Source: an uncultured beta proteobacterium (GTDB lineage Bacteria; Pseudomonadota; Gammaproteobacteria; Burkholderiales; SG8-39). From it: 64,000 bases of DNA. Numbering within the stretch: position 1 is the stretch's first letter; each line of letters starts with the position of its first letter. The stretch spans positions 90,876-154,875 of the forward strand of contig CAVRDW010000003.1 in NCBI GenBank assembly GCA_963719995.1. The letters are read 5' to 3'. The notes under the pieces were generated by a model. It had not been told where the DNA came from and searched no databases. It saw nothing but the letters and a program-made list of their open reading frames with translations. This document shows, piece by piece, positions 37,835-49,072 of the stretch. Position numbers and translations under genes: made by a program.

Positions 37835-39010
37835 TCAGCGCTTGGCGATGAAGCTGCGCCCGATCAGCTGCCGGTGGATCTGGTTGGTGCCTTCCCAGAT
37901 CTGGGTGATCTTGGCGTCGCGCATCAGCCGCTCGACGCGATAGTCCTTGCAGTAGCCGTAGCCGCCGTGCAGCTGCACCGCCTCGGTGGCGATGCGCATG
38001 GCGAGGTCCGAGGCGCGCATCTTGAGCATCGAGGCCTCGATGCCGAAGTCGCTGCGCGCCGCCGTCGACCAGGCGCGCGACGTGCCAGAGCCAGCGCCTC
38101 GCACAGCGCGAGCTCGGTGGCGAGGTCGGCCAGCAGGAACTGGATGCCCTGGAACTCGACGATGCGCCGGCCCGACTGGCGCCGCTCGTTGATGTAGGCG
38201 ACCGCGTCCTCGAACGCGGCGCGCGCGATGCCGAGCGCGTGCGCCGCCACGCTCGGGCGCGACGGTTGAGCGAGGCGAGCAGCAGCTGCGAGGCCCTCGC
38301 CGGGCGCACCGAGCAGGTTCGCGCGCGGCACGCGGCAGCCGTCGAAGGCGAGCGTCGCCGTGCTCGAGGCGCGGTGCCCCATCTTGTCCTCGGTGCGCAC
38401 CACCGAAAGGCCCGGCGTGCCCTTCTCCAGGAACAGCGCCGAGATCGACTCGCGCTGCGTCGTCGATCTCGCTCCACTTGCCGAAGAGCAGGATCAGGTC
38501 GGCGACGTCGCCGTTGGTGATGAAGGTCTTGCCGCCGTCCACGACGATGTGCGTCGCCCTCGGGCCGAAAGCGCGTCTTCATGCCGGTGGCGTCCGAGCC
38601 CGCGCGAAGGCTCGGTGATGACGAGCGAGGCGAGGCCGCCCTGCGCGATCCGCGGCAGCAGGCGCTTCTTCTGCTCCTCGGCGCCGAAGTCGATCGAGCG
38701 GCTTGATGGCGTGGAAAGTGGTCGCCCAGATGATGCCGGTGGAGGCGCAGGCCTTGCTGATCTCGCGCACGCACGCCAGATAGGCGGCGTAGGAGAGCGG
38801 CGCGCCGCCATAGGCCTCGGGGATGAACATGGCGTTCAGGCCGAGCGCGTTGATGGCCTTCACGTTGCCCCAGGGGAACTCGGCGCTGCGGTCGTGGTGC
38901 TCGGCGCGCGGCGCGATCTGCTCGCGCGCGAGCATGCGCACGCTCTCCACGATCATGCGCTCTTCTTCCTCCAGTTCGAGCATGTCGTCCAGGCGCTCGA
39001 AGACGTTCAT
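37835..39010 (-). CDS. Acyl-CoA dehydrogenase (multiple frameshifts)
   Basis: IPEAYGG, TEP..GSDA, KTFITNG, EDKMG and LHGGYGY...ERLMRDAKITQIWEGTNQI. Confidence 0.82.
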
Positions 39011-39750
39011 CAGTGCGCCATCCCTTGTCCGCCATCCAGGTAGATCGTCGCGCCGGTGAGGTAGGGAATGTCCTCGGCGAAGAGCGCCGCCACCATCCGC
39101 GCCACGTCGGCGACGCTTCCCGGGCCGCCGGTGGGGACGCGCGCCTCCAGAAACGTGCGCAGCGCGCCCTTTTGCATCGCCTCGGCGTTGAGCTCGGTCT
39201 CGATGTAGCCGGGGGCGACGTCGAGCACGCGGATCTTCTTCGGCGCCCACTCCACCGCCAGGCAGCGCGTGATGGCGCCGACCGCGGCCTTGGACGCGCA
39301 GTAGGCGAGGTTCTGCTTCACGCCCAGCTTGTCGAAGAACGAGCCGATGTTGACGATGGTGCCGCCCGCGCGCGCGAGGTACGGATACGCCTCGCGGCTG
39401 CACAGGAACACCGAGCGCGCGTTGGTGTCCATCACCTCCTCGTAGCGCGCCGTGGCGAGCTCGGCCGACTTGCCATAGAGATGCACCCCGGCGTTGTTGA
39501 CCAGCCCGCTGATCGTGCCCGCCTGCGCGGCGAGCGCGGCGAAGGCCTTGCCGATCGAGGCTTCGTCGTTCACGTCGCAGGCAATGTGGAGCAGGCGTTT
39601 GGCGAGCGGGGCGGGCACCGCAGTGCTCTCGACGCCGGCGCCCTTGCGGCTGAGACACCCCACGGTGAAGCCGCGCCCGGCCAGCTCCTGCGCGATGGCC
39701 GCGCCGATGCCGCGGCTCGCCCCGGTGACCGCGATCACCTTGCCCGCCAT
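39010..39750 (-). CDS. SDR family oxidoreductase
   Basis: TGASRGIG, NNAG and YCASK. Confidence 0.92.
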   Translation of the reverse strand: MAGKVIAVTGASRGIGAAIAQELAGRGFTVGCLSRKGAGVESTAVPAPLAKRLLHIACDVNDEASIGKAFAALAAQAGTISGLVNNAGVHLYGKSAELATARYEEVMDTNARSVFLCSREAYPYLARAGGTIVNIGSFFDKLGVKQNLAYCASKAAVGAITRCLAVEWAPKKIRVLDVAPGYIETELNAEAMQKGALRTFLEARVPTGGPGSVADVARMVAALFAEDIPYLTGATIYLDGGQGMAH

Positions 39751-39751
39751 C

Positions 39752-40519
39752 TCAGCGGTCCTTGAACGCGGGCTTGCGCTTGGCCATGAAGGCCGCCATG
39801 CCTTCGGCCGCGTCCTCGGTCTGGAAGGCGAGCGTAGAGAGGTCGGCCTCGATCCTCAGGCCCTCGTGGACCGGCGTGTCGAGCGCGCGCTGCACCGCCT
39901 CGCGCGCGAAGCCCAGCGCCGGCAGGCTGTAGCCGGAGAACTCGCGCGCGAAGGCGATGCCCGCGGCGAGGGGATCGCCCACGACCACGCGGCTCGCGAG
40001 CCCCCAGGCGAGCGCGGTCTGCGCGTCGACCGACTTCGCGGTGAGGATCATCTCGAGCGCGCGCGCTTCGCCGACCACGCGCGGCAGGCGCTGCGTGCCC
40101 CCATACCCGGGGATCAGGCCGAGCTTGATCTCGGGCAACCCGAGCTTGGCGTTCGGCGTCACCAGGCGAAAGGTGCAGGCGAGCGCGAGCTCCAGGCCGC
40201 CGCCGAAGGCGTAGCCGTTGACGATCGCGACCGAGGGCATGGGCAGGCGCTCGATCCTGGCCATGACGGCCTGGCCAAGCTCGGCGCCACGCTTGGTCTG
40301 CGCGAGCGTGCGGCCGGCGAGCTCCGCGATGTCGGCGCCAGCGCAGAACGCCTTGTCGCCCGTGCCGGTGACGAGCAGCGCGCGCGCGTCGCTCGCGGCC
40401 ACCTCGTCGATGGCGCGCGAGAGGTCCCCGACCAGCTTGAACGACAGCGCGTTCAGCGCCTGCGGGCGGTTGAGGCGGATGAGCGCGAACTCCTCTACGC
40501 GCGACAGCTCGATGGCCAT
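39752..40519 (-). CDS. Enoyl-CoA hydratase (crotonase)
   Basis: [15 protein letters not shown] and [17 protein letters not shown] with both catalytic Glu. Confidence 0.92.
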   Translation of the reverse strand: MAIELSRVEEFALIRLNRPQALNALSFKLVGDLSRAIDEVAASDARALLVTGTGDKAFCAGADIAELAGRTLAQTKRGAELGQAVMARIERLPMPSVAIVNGYAFGGGLELALACTFRLVTPNAKLGLPEIKLGLIPGYGGTQRLPRVVGEARALEMILTAKSVDAQTALAWGLASRVVVGDPLAAGIAFAREFSGYSLPALGFAREAVQRALDTPVHEGLRIEADLSTLAFQTEDAAEGMAAFMAKRKPAFKDR

Positions 40520-40520
40520 G

Positions 40521-42185
40521 TCATGGCTCCTTCACGGTTTCGCTCCAGCGCACCGGATGCGGCGCGATGCGCCCGATTCTCACCCACTCCTGCAGCTCGC
40601 GCTTCAGGACCTTGCCGCTCGCGGTGAGCGGGAAGGCGTCCAGGGCGATGAAGAATTCCGGCATGTCGTACTTGGAAAGGCCTACGGCGTGCAAATGGTC
40701 GAGCAACCCCTCGCCGCTGACGTGCTCGCCCTCGCGGCAGATGACCGCGATGCAGACCTTCTCGCCGAGGCGCGCGTCCGCCACGCCGAAGGCGGCGGCC
40801 TTCTGCACCGCGGCGTGCCGGTGCGCCAGGTCCTCGATCCTCGCGGGGTGGATGTTGTGGCCGCCGCGGATGATGAGGTCCTTCTTGCGGCCCACGATGC
40901 GCAGGCAGCCGCGCGCGTCCAGCGTGCCGAGGTCGCCCGACAGGAACCAGCCGTTCTTGTTGAACGAATCCTCGGTGGTCGCCTGGTTGTCGAAGTAGCC
41001 GAGCATCAGCAGCGCGCCGCGCGTGCCGATTTCGCCCACGGTGCCCGCCGGCACCTCGAGGTCCGGGTTTTCCTGGCTGAAGATGCGCGTCTCGTAGCCG
41101 TGGCAGGCGCGGCCGCAGGTCTCGACGATGGTCTGCGCGTCGTCCGTGGGCAGGGTGTACTGGTGCGAGCCGTTCTCGGTCATGCCGTAGATGTTCTGCG
41201 GCGTGATGCCCATGCCGAGGAACGTTTGCGCCACCTCGCGCGGGATCGGCGAGCCCGCCATGTAGAAGAGCTTCACCGCGCCGAGCCTGGCCAGGTCGCG
41301 GCGCTTGGCCTCGGCGAGGATGTCGATGGCGTGCGTCGGCACGCCCATGATGTAGGTGGCGCCGCACTCGAGCGCCCAGTCGAGCGGCTGCATGCCCGGC
41401 GGCGGGTCGTTCACCACCAGCTCGAACCCCGCGGCCGTCATCTGCTCGAGCGCGACGGTGCCGATGTGGTGGCTCATGGGCGAGAGGCTGAGCAGCACGG
41501 TCGAATGGTCGTGGCGCCAGTCGGCGACCATGGCGCGGCCGTTGGCGAGCAGCGTGTTGTGCGAGTGCATCACGCCCTTGGGCACACCGGTGGTGCCCGA
41601 GGTGAAGGCGAGGTAGACGATGCTGTCGGGGTCCGCGACCGGCGGCACTTCGCAGGCCGCGCCCGGCGCGGGGAAGGGCGCCAGGCGCGCGTCGATGCCC
41701 TGCGCGCCGCGCACGCCGAACACCGCCTTCACGCTCGGCAGCGCGCGCGCCGCCTCGACGATGTCGGCCTTGTGCGCGTCGGCGCCGTAGCCCGCCTGCA
41801 CCACCAGCGCCGCGGCGCGCGTGCGCTCGAGGAGCTGCACGATCTCGGCGACGGTGTAGTTCTGGTGCAGCGAGGGGTTGCACACGTAGCCGTTCCTTGC
41901 GCAGGCGAGCAGCGCGACCACGCTCTCGGCGCGCGAGGGCAGCCAGACGGCCACGCGCTGGCCGCGGCGCACGCCGGCCCGGTGCAGCCCCTGCGCGGCC
42001 GCGTCCACCCAGGCGAGCAGCTCGCGCCAGGTGAGGCGCACGCGCGCATCGCGCAGCGCGTGCGCGTCCGGGCGCTCGGCGGCGTGCCGCGCGAGCAGCG
42101 AATACAAGGTGTCCTTGCGCCAGGCGCCCGAGGCGTAATGGCGCGCCGCCTCCTGCGGATTGAGCAGGGTGAGGACGGTGTTCAC
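40521..42185 (-). CDS. Acyl-CoA ligase (cyclohexanecarboxylate-CoA ligase-like adenylate-forming enzyme)
   Basis: FTSGTTGVPKG, YGMTE, SGDLG and GKVLK. GTG start at 42185. Confidence 0.88.
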   Translation of the reverse strand: MNTVLTLLNPQEAARHYASGAWRKDTLYSLLARHAAERPDAHALRDARVRLTWRELLAWVDAAAQGLHRAGVRRGQRVAVWLPSRAESVVALLACARNGYVCNPSLHQNYTVAEIVQLLERTRAAALVVQAGYGADAHKADIVEAARALPSVKAVFGVRGAQGIDARLAPFPAPGAACEVPPVADPDSIVYLAFTSGTTGVPKGVMHSHNTLLANGRAMVADWRHDHSTVLLSLSPMSHHIGTVALEQMTAAGFELVVNDPPPGMQPLDWALECGATYIMGVPTHAIDILAEAKRRDLARLGAVKLFYMAGSPIPREVAQTFLGMGITPQNIYGMTENGSHQYTLPTDDAQTIVETCGRACHGYETRIFSQENPDLEVPAGTVGEIGTRGALLMLGYFDNQATTEDSFNKNGWFLSGDLGTLDARGCLRIVGRKKDLIIRGGHNIHPARIEDLAHRHAAVQKAAAFGVADARLGEKVCIAVICREGEHVSGEGLLDHLHAVGLSKYDMPEFFIALDAFPLTASGKVLKRELQEWVRIGRIAPHPVRWSETVKEP

Positions 42186-42189
42186 AACG

Positions 42190-42969
42190 CTAGTGGCCGA
42201 ACTTGTCCGGGTCGGGCTTGCGCTTGGCGCGAAACGCCTCGGAAAGCTCGTGCGACTCGTCGCTCTCGAGGTAGGGGCGCAGCAAGAGGTCGTGCGCCAC
42301 GCGCGCGAGGCCCGAGACCCCGCCGTGGCGGGCGTTGAAGGCGGCCTTGATCGAGGCGAGCGCAAAGGGGCCGCGCTCGGCGAGCTCGAGCGCCATCTTG
42401 CGCGTCTCCTCGCGCAGCTTCTCGTCGGGCACCACGCGGTTGATGAGCCCGATGGCGAGCGCCTCGCGCGCACTGAGGCGCGGATTGAGCATCCACATCT
42501 CCTTCGCCTTCTTCTTGCCGACCAGGTCTTCGAGGTACCAGGTGCCGTAGCCGGCGTCGAAGCTGCCCATCATCGGCCCCACCTGGCGGAACACCGCGCT
42601 TTCCTTGGCGATCGTCAGGTCGCACATGACCTGCAGCACGTTGCCGCCGCCGACCGCAAAGCCGTTGACCGAGGCGATCACGGGCTTTTGCAGCCGGTCG
42701 ATGGCCTCGTACATCTCCAGCGTCGGCAGCACGCCGGCGTACAGCAGCGTGTCCTCCATGCCTTCCTTCCTGCCGCCGATGCAGAAGAACTTGTCGCCCG
42801 CGCCGGTGATCACGAGCACGCGCGTGCGCGTTTCGCGCCGCACCGCGTTGATGCAGTCGCGGATCTCGTGGCACATCTGCGGCGTGAACATGTTGCCGTC
42901 GTCGGGACGGTTGAGGGTGAGCCAGCCGATGGGCCCGTCCTCCTGATAGAGAATCGTTTCGAAGCTCAC
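42190..42969 (-). CDS. MenB/BadI-like crotonase (2-ketocyclohexanecarboxyl-CoA hydrolase-like)
   Basis: FCIGG, AVGGGNVL and QVGPMMGSFDAGYGT motifs characteristic of the MenB/BadI subfamily. Confidence 0.8.
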   Translation of the reverse strand: MSFETILYQEDGPIGWLTLNRPDDGNMFTPQMCHEIRDCINAVRRETRTRVLVITGAGDKFFCIGGRKEGMEDTLLYAGVLPTLEMYEAIDRLQKPVIASVNGFAVGGGNVLQVMCDLTIAKESAVFRQVGPMMGSFDAGYGTWYLEDLVGKKKAKEMWMLNPRLSAREALAIGLINRVVPDEKLREETRKMALELAERGPFALASIKAAFNARHGGVSGLARVAHDLLLRPYLESDESHELSEAFRAKRKPDPDKFGH

Positions 42970-43120
42970 GGGGGTGACCTCTGCGGGATGCGTCGAACGA
43001 TGATAGTCGCTCGGGCCGCGGATTTGTACGCCCGGTTCGCCCCGGGCAAACCAGCGCCCGCATCGCTTGACCGTCGGCGCGGTCTTGCTGCAACATCGCC
43101 GGCTCCAAGAGGAGGAGTTC

Positions 43121-44402
43121 ATGCACACAATCAAGAAGGCCGTTGCGGCCGCCGCCGTCGCCGCACTGGTGCCCGCATTCGCGGCCGCGCAGGACGCGCC
43201 GCCGATCAAGATCGGCGTCGTCTCGTTCCTGTCGGGTGCCGCCGCCGGGCCGTTCGGCGTTCCGGCGCGCAATGCCGCGGAAATCACGATCGAGATGCTC
43301 AACGCCGGCAGGGTGCCTGCGCCCTACGCGACCAAGGGATTCGGCGGCGCGGCGCTGCAGATGCAGCTGGTGGACGAGGCGGGCCCCACCACCACGCAGG
43401 TCACCGAGTTCCGCAACATGGTGCAGCGCGACAACGTCGACATCGTGATCGGCTACATCTCGAGCGGCAACTGCCTCGCCATCGCGCCGGTGGCCGAGGA
43501 GCTGAAGAAGCTCACGGTGTTCTTCGACTGCGGCACGCCGCGCATCTTCGAGGACAAGAACTACAAGTACGTGTTCCGCACCTCGTCGACCGCGACCATG
43601 GACAGCGTCGGCGCGGCGCTCTACGTGATGGACCTGAAGAAGGGCAAGGTCGGCTCGATCGCCGGCGTGAACCAGAACTACGCCTGGGGCCAGGACTCGT
43701 GGTGCGGACTTCGAGGCGTCGATGAAGAAGCTGGCGCCGGGCGTGAAGGTCGCGACCTCGCAGATGCCCAAGCTCTTCGCCGGGCAGTTCAACGCCGAGA
43801 TCTCGACGATCCTTGGCGCGAAGGCGGACGTCGTGCACTCGAGCTTCTGGAACGGCGACCTCGAGGCGTTCATCCTGCAGGCGGGCCCGCGCGGCCTGTT
43901 CAAGCGCAGCACGGTGGTCCTCACCACCGGCGAGACGGCGATGTACAAGCTCGCCGACCACATCCCGGACGGCGTGGTGATCGGCGCGCGCGGACCCTAC
44001 GGCCCCTACGCGCCGGACAACTTGCTGAACAAGTGGTACTCGACGACCTTCCAGGACCGCTACAACGTGCCGCCCAACTACGCCGCCTACCAGATGACGC
44101 AGGCGATCCTCGGCACCAAGGCGGCGTGGGAGAAGGCGCAGGCGGCCAACGGCGGCAAGCGCCCGAGCACCGACCAGGTGATCGCGGCCTTCGAGCGCCT
44201 CACCTTCGAGAGCCCGGCGGGCAAGGTCGAGATGGCGATCGGCACCGGCCACCAGGCGATCACCGAGACCGTCTACGGCATGAGCAAGAAGGTCAAGGGC
44301 AAGATGACGGTGACCAACGTCAAGCGCTACCCGGCGAGCGCGGTCAACCCGCCGGATGGCGTGAAGGCCGCCGACTGGATCGCGGGCGGGTTCAAGAAGT
44401 AA
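43121..44402 (+). CDS. Branched-chain-type (HAAT) ABC substrate-binding protein (frameshift ~43703)
   Basis: GAGGAG RBS, signal peptide, IKIGVV..LSG and NQNYAWGQDSW; continues in ORF 43722..44402. Confidence 0.85.
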
Positions 44403-44422
44403 GCGCAAGCGGCTTGACTGAC

Positions 44423-44449
44423 CAACGGCTGCCCGCGGGGCAGCCGTTG
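44423..44449 (+). terminator. Intercistronic 12-bp stem-loop after the binding-protein gene
   Basis: CAACGGCTGCCC-gcg-GGGCAGCCGTTG followed by TCTTGTT. Confidence 0.6.
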
Positions 44450-44460
44450 TCTTGTTCGGG

Positions 44461-45363
44461 GTGAGCGTGGAACAGGTTCTCGCCGTCCTCATCGACGGCA
44501 TCATCTATTCGGCGTGGCTGTTCGTCGCGGCGGTCGGGCTGACGCTGATCTACGGCGTCATGAAGATCGTCAACGTGACGCACGGCAGCTTCTACGCGCT
44601 GGGCGCCTACGCGGCGGCCTCGATCACCGGCGCGCTGCTGGCGAGGGGCATGCCGCCTTCGCTCTCGTACGCGGTGCTGCTCGGCTCGGCGCTGCTGGTG
44701 ACGCTCATCGTCGCGCCGCTCATCGAGCGCGGCATCCTGCGCTTCATGTACGTCAAGGACGAGGTGGTGATCCTGCTCATCACCTACGCCCTGTTCCTGA
44801 TCCTGGAAGACGCCATCAAGCTGGTGTGGGGCGTGAGCCCGTATTTCATCGCCGAGCCCTACGGCCTGCTCGGCAGCTTCGACCTGCTCGACCTCACCTA
44901 CCCGTACTACAACCTGATCCTGGTCGGCGTGGCGGTCCTCTGCGGCGTGGGCCTTGCCTGGATGCTGAACCACACGCGCACCGGCAAGCTCCTGGTGGCG
45001 GTGATCCACGACACCGAGGTGAGCCGCGCCATGGGCATCAACGTGGAGCGCATGTATCTGTTCACCTTCACCTTCGGCTCGCTGCTGGCCGCGATCGGCG
45101 GAGCCTTCACCGCGCCGACGGTGTCGGTGGTGCCGGGGCTGGGCGTCGAGGTGATCGTGCTGTCGTTCGCGGTGGTGGTGATCGGCGGACTGGGCAGCCT
45201 GCCCGGCGCGGCGCTCGGCGCGGTGATCGTAGGGCTGGTGCGCTCGGCCAGCATCCACTACCTGCCGCAGGCGGAGCTGTTCGTGATCTACCTGGTGATG
45301 GCGATGGTGCTCGCGTTCCGCCCGCGCGGCCTGTTCAGCATCGCCGAGGCGCGCAAGATATGA
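44461..45363 (+). CDS. HAAT ABC permease (LivH-like)
   Basis: GLTLIYGVM..VN..HG and VVVIGGLGSLPGA. Confidence 0.9.
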   Translation: MSVEQVLAVLIDGIIYSAWLFVAAVGLTLIYGVMKIVNVTHGSFYALGAYAAASITGALLARGMPPSLSYAVLLGSALLVTLIVAPLIERGILRFMYVKDEVVILLITYALFLILEDAIKLVWGVSPYFIAEPYGLLGSFDLLDLTYPYYNLILVGVAVLCGVGLAWMLNHTRTGKLLVAVIHDTEVSRAMGINVERMYLFTFTFGSLLAAIGGAFTAPTVSVVPGLGVEVIVLSFAVVVIGGLGSLPGAALGAVIVGLVRSASIHYLPQAELFVIYLVMAMVLAFRPRGLFSIAEARKI

Positions 45364-46295
45364 GCACCGGGCGCGCGCCGTTCACGCTGGCCCTGATCCT
45401 CGCAGCGATCCTCGCGGCGGGACCGTTCGCGCCGCAGTGGACGCTGTTCCTGCTCACCATCGCGCTCGCCAAGGGGCTGGTGGTGCTCGGCCTCATGTTG
45501 CTCCTGCGCTGCGGCCTGGTGTCCTTCGGCCAGGCGCTGTATTACTGCATCGGCGCCTACGCCGCCGGCATGCTGGGGCGCTATCTCGGGATCAGGGACC
45601 TCATCACGCTGATGCTCGCCGGCATGGCGGCCTCGGCTTTCGCCGCCTGGGTGCTCGGCTTCCTGCTCGCCCGCTACCGCGGCATCTTCTTCGGCCTGTT
45701 GAGCCTCGCGCTTTCGATGATCCTGTACGGGCTGCTGCTGAAGACCGAGGCGCTGGGCTCCAGCGACGGCTTCCACGTGCTGCCCTCGACCCTCTTCGGC
45801 GTGCGCCCCGCGGATGCCTGGGTGCGCTATGCGGTGCTGGCGGTGGCGGCGGTGGCGGCCTTCATCGCCGCGCTCCTGGTGCACCGCTATCTCGATACGC
45901 CGCTGGGCAGGCTCGCGCCGGCGATCAAGGACAACGAGATCCGCGTGGAGTACATGGGCGCCTCGGCGCGCTACGCGATCCACGTGAAGTACGTGATCGC
46001 CGCGGCGCTGGCGGGCCTGGGCGGCGCGCTCGCCGCCACCACCGTGGGGCACATCGACCCGGAGATGGCCTACTGGACCACCTCGGGCGAGTTCATCTTC
46101 ATCACCATCCTCGCCGGCACCGGCAGCGTGATCGCGCCGTTCCTCGGCGCGCTCATCTTCGGCATCATCCACACGGTGGCCTTCGGCCTCTCGCCCAACA
46201 CCTGGCAGATGGTGCTCGGCGCGTCGCTGCTGGTGGTGATCGTGTTCCTGCCCAACGGCCTGTGGTCGGTGTTCCGCCGGCGCAAGGCGGCCTGA
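45360..46295 (+). CDS. HAAT ABC permease (LivM-like)
   Basis: GLVSFGQA, AIKDNE.R and LPNGL. Confidence 0.9.
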   Translation: MSTGRAPFTLALILAAILAAGPFAPQWTLFLLTIALAKGLVVLGLMLLLRCGLVSFGQALYYCIGAYAAGMLGRYLGIRDLITLMLAGMAASAFAAWVLGFLLARYRGIFFGLLSLALSMILYGLLLKTEALGSSDGFHVLPSTLFGVRPADAWVRYAVLAVAAVAAFIAALLVHRYLDTPLGRLAPAIKDNEIRVEYMGASARYAIHVKYVIAAALAGLGGALAATTVGHIDPEMAYWTTSGEFIFITILAGTGSVIAPFLGALIFGIIHTVAFGLSPNTWQMVLGASLLVVIVFLPNGLWSVFRRRKAA

Positions 46296-46296
46296 G

Positions 46297-47107
46297 ATGG
46301 CGGCGATCCTCGACGCGCAGGGCCTGAACAAGAGCTTCGGCGCGGTCACCGCGGCGAGCGACATCAACGTCGCCGTCCAGAAGGACTCGGTGCTCGGCCT
46401 GATCGGCACCAACGGCGCGGGCAAGACCACCTTCATCAACATGATCACCGGGCTACCTCAAGCCCGACCGCGGCCGCATCCATTACGAGGGCCGCGACAT
46501 CACGCAGCTTGCGCCGCGCGACATCACGCGCATCGGCATCTGCCGCTCGTTCCAGATCCCGCAGCTCTACGCCTCGCTCACCGCGTTCGAGAACATGATG
46601 GTCGGCATCGGCGTGGTGCTGCAGAACGCGGGCCGCGGCGGGTTCTTCTCGCGCGGCGAGCCGCGGGTGCCCGGGTACGACCTGCCCGCGGAAGAGGTCG
46701 CCGGGCGGCTGCTGGAGCGCTTCGGCCTCTCGCAATACCGCGACAGGAACGCGCAGGTGCTGCCCGGCGGGGTCCGCAAGCTCCTCGACATCGCGCTCAC
46801 CATGGTGGCGAAGCCCAAGATCCTGCTGCTCGATGAGCCCACCAGCGGCGTGTCGGCGGAGGAGAAGTTCGCGATCATGGACATGATCATGAAGGCGGTG
46901 CGCGCCGAGGGCACCACGGTGCTGTTCGTCGAGCACGACATGGAGGTGGTGAGCCGCTTCGCCGAGCGCGTGCTCGCGTTCTACGACGGGCGGATCATCG
47001 CGGATGCGCCGCCCGAAGCGGCGCTCAACGACCCCGAGGTCAGGCGCTTCGTGGTCGGCGGCGCGCTGCAGCGCCTGGACGAAGCGCAGGCGAAGCACCG
47101 TGCTTAG
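46297..47107 (+). CDS. HAAT ABC ATP-binding protein (LivG-like), frameshift ~46450
   Basis: GTNGAGKTT, RSFQIPQL, LLLDEP and VEHDM. Confidence 0.87.
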
Positions 47108-47747
47108 GCTCGACAACGTCGACGTCGCGATCCAGTCGGTGCAGATCCTGCGCCGCGTGTCGCTCGAGCTGCCCACCGGCAGCATGGCGGGCCTCATCGG
47201 GCGCAACGGCGCCGGCAAGACCACGCTCATGAAGACCATCATGGGCATCCTCAAGGTCTCCAGCGGCGCGATCCGCTTCGACGGCAAGGACCTGCTCGCC
47301 TCGCCGACCTGGAAGCGCACCAGCCTGGGCATCGGCTACATGCCCGAGGACCGGCGCCTGATTCCCGACCTGACGGTGGAGGAGAACCTGCTGCTGCCGT
47401 CCTGGGCGGCGAAGCGGACCGACGGCGCCGAGCGCCTGGAGAAGGTCTACCGGCTGATCCCGGAGATCCGCGGCTTCGCGCCGCGCAAGGGCACGCAGCT
47501 CTCGGGCGGCCAGCAGAAGATGGTGGCGATCGGGCGCGCGCTGATGTGCGGCGAAAAGCTGCTGCTGCTGGATGAGCCCTTCGAGGGCGTGGCGCCGGCG
47601 CTCGCGCACCGGCTGGTGGAGGTGGTCGGCAGCCTGAAGCTCGAGGGCATGACGGTGATCCTGTCGGAGTCCGACCTGCAGCATTCGGAGCGCATGGTCG
47701 ACAAGATCTTCGTCATCGACCGCGGCGCCGTCAGCGTGAGGAGCTGA
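47100..47747 (+). CDS. HAAT ABC ATP-binding protein (LivF-like)
   Basis: GRNGAGKTT, LSGGQQKM and LLLDEP. Confidence 0.9.
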   Translation: MLRLDNVDVAIQSVQILRRVSLELPTGSMAGLIGRNGAGKTTLMKTIMGILKVSSGAIRFDGKDLLASPTWKRTSLGIGYMPEDRRLIPDLTVEENLLLPSWAAKRTDGAERLEKVYRLIPEIRGFAPRKGTQLSGGQQKMVAIGRALMCGEKLLLLDEPFEGVAPALAHRLVEVVGSLKLEGMTVILSESDLQHSERMVDKIFVIDRGAVSVRS

Positions 47748-47786
47748 ATCCGCTTGCCGCCGGCGCGCCCCGGCCGGCGCGGCAGG

Positions 47787-48602
47787 TCACAGCACGGCCA
47801 GGCTCGCGTTCTTCAGGTCGGTGACCAGCATGTGGCCGGGCATGTGGGTGATGCACAGCGGCGGGCGCGCGTTGCGCACCACCGACTGCGGCGTCACCCC
47901 GCAGGCCCAGAACAGGGGCAGCTCGTCCGCGCGCACCTCCGTGGGGTCGCCCACCCACGGCTTGCCGATGTCCTCGATGCCGATCAGCTCGGGCTTGCCG
48001 ATGTGCACCGGCGCGCCGTGCACGCCCGGAAAGCGCGTGGTGATCTGGATCGCGCGGATGGCGTCGGCCGGCGTGAACGGGCGCATCGACACCACCATCT
48101 TGCCGTGGAAGGGCCCGGCCGGCGCGGTCTCGATATTGGTGAGGAACATCGGCACGTTCCTGCCCTGCTCGACGTAGCGCAGCGGCAAGCCGGCCTCGAC
48201 CAGCGCCTCCTCGAAGGAGAACGAGCAGCCCAGCACGAAGGCCACCAGGTCGTCGCGCCACAGGCTGCGGATGTCGGCCACGTCCTCCACGTGCTCGCCG
48301 TCGCGGAACACCCGGTAGCCCGGCACGTCGGTGCGGATGTCGAGGTCCTCGGCGAGCGCGGGCAGGCGCGGATCGCCCGGATCGCCGGCGCCGAGCAGCG
48401 GGCAGGGCTTGGGATTCCTCTGGCAGTAGACGAAGAAGTCGTGCGCGTAGTCGCGCGGCAGGATGCAGACGTTGCCCTGGACGAAGCCGGGCGCGAGGCC
48501 GGCGGTGTGGCCCGCATGCGCGCCCGAGCGCACCGCGCGGCGCACCGCGCGCGGGTCGCTGCGATCGAATGGCAGGGTGGCGGCGGCACGTGCGATGGCC
48601 AT
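47787..48602 (-). CDS. D-glutamate cyclase family putative hydro-lyase (DUF1445)
   Basis: [27 protein letters not shown] and FWACGVTPQ. Confidence 0.9.
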   Translation of the reverse strand: MAIARAAATLPFDRSDPRAVRRAVRSGAHAGHTAGLAPGFVQGNVCILPRDYAHDFFVYCQRNPKPCPLLGAGDPGDPRLPALAEDLDIRTDVPGYRVFRDGEHVEDVADIRSLWRDDLVAFVLGCSFSFEEALVEAGLPLRYVEQGRNVPMFLTNIETAPAGPFHGKMVVSMRPFTPADAIRAIQITTRFPGVHGAPVHIGKPELIGIEDIGKPWVGDPTEVRADELPLFWACGVTPQSVVRNARPPLCITHMPGHMLVTDLKNASLAVL

Positions 48603-48711
48603 GGGCTGCTCCGGCGGGCGATGAGCGCCATGTTGCGTCCGCCGCGAGACAGCGTCAACGCCACCTTCGCGGACGCCGCATAATCGCAGCCTTGCGACGA
48701 GGGAGGACGAG

Positions 48712-49026
48712 ATGAGCGCAACCTTTATCGTGCGTGCCCAGGTGGTGGATGCTTCCGTGAAGGAGGCCTTCGACCGCTGGTACCAGGACGAGCACCTGCC
48801 GGATGCGTTGAAGGGCTTCGGCGCCCAGCGCGCCTGGCGCGGCTGGAGCGAGGTGGATCCGTCGGTGCACTACGCGGTGTACGAGTTCGACGACATCGCG
48901 CGGCTGCGCGCGCTGCCGGGGTCGGCGGCGCTGAAGGAGCTGGTGGCGGAGTTCGACCGGGCGTGGGGGCAGAAGGTGGTGAGGAGCAGGGACAGCCTGC
49001 GCGTGGTGCAGCGCATCGATGCCTAG
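48712..49026 (+). CDS. Hypothetical dimeric alpha/beta barrel protein (EthD/DUF4286-like)
   Basis: FDRWY..EHLPD...A.YEF pattern; GGAGG RBS. Confidence 0.65.
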   Translation: MSATFIVRAQVVDASVKEAFDRWYQDEHLPDALKGFGAQRAWRGWSEVDPSVHYAVYEFDDIARLRALPGSAALKELVAEFDRAWGQKVVRSRDSLRVVQRIDA

Positions 49027-49072
49027 AAGGTCTGCCGGCCGACTGCGCCGGCCCGCGCGACCGGGGGTCAAC

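Noticed and set aside
36909-39010. Programmed ribosomal frameshifting or phase variation
   Set aside because: There are too many scattered indels, with no slippery heptamers or long homopolymers. Sequencing error is the simpler explanation.
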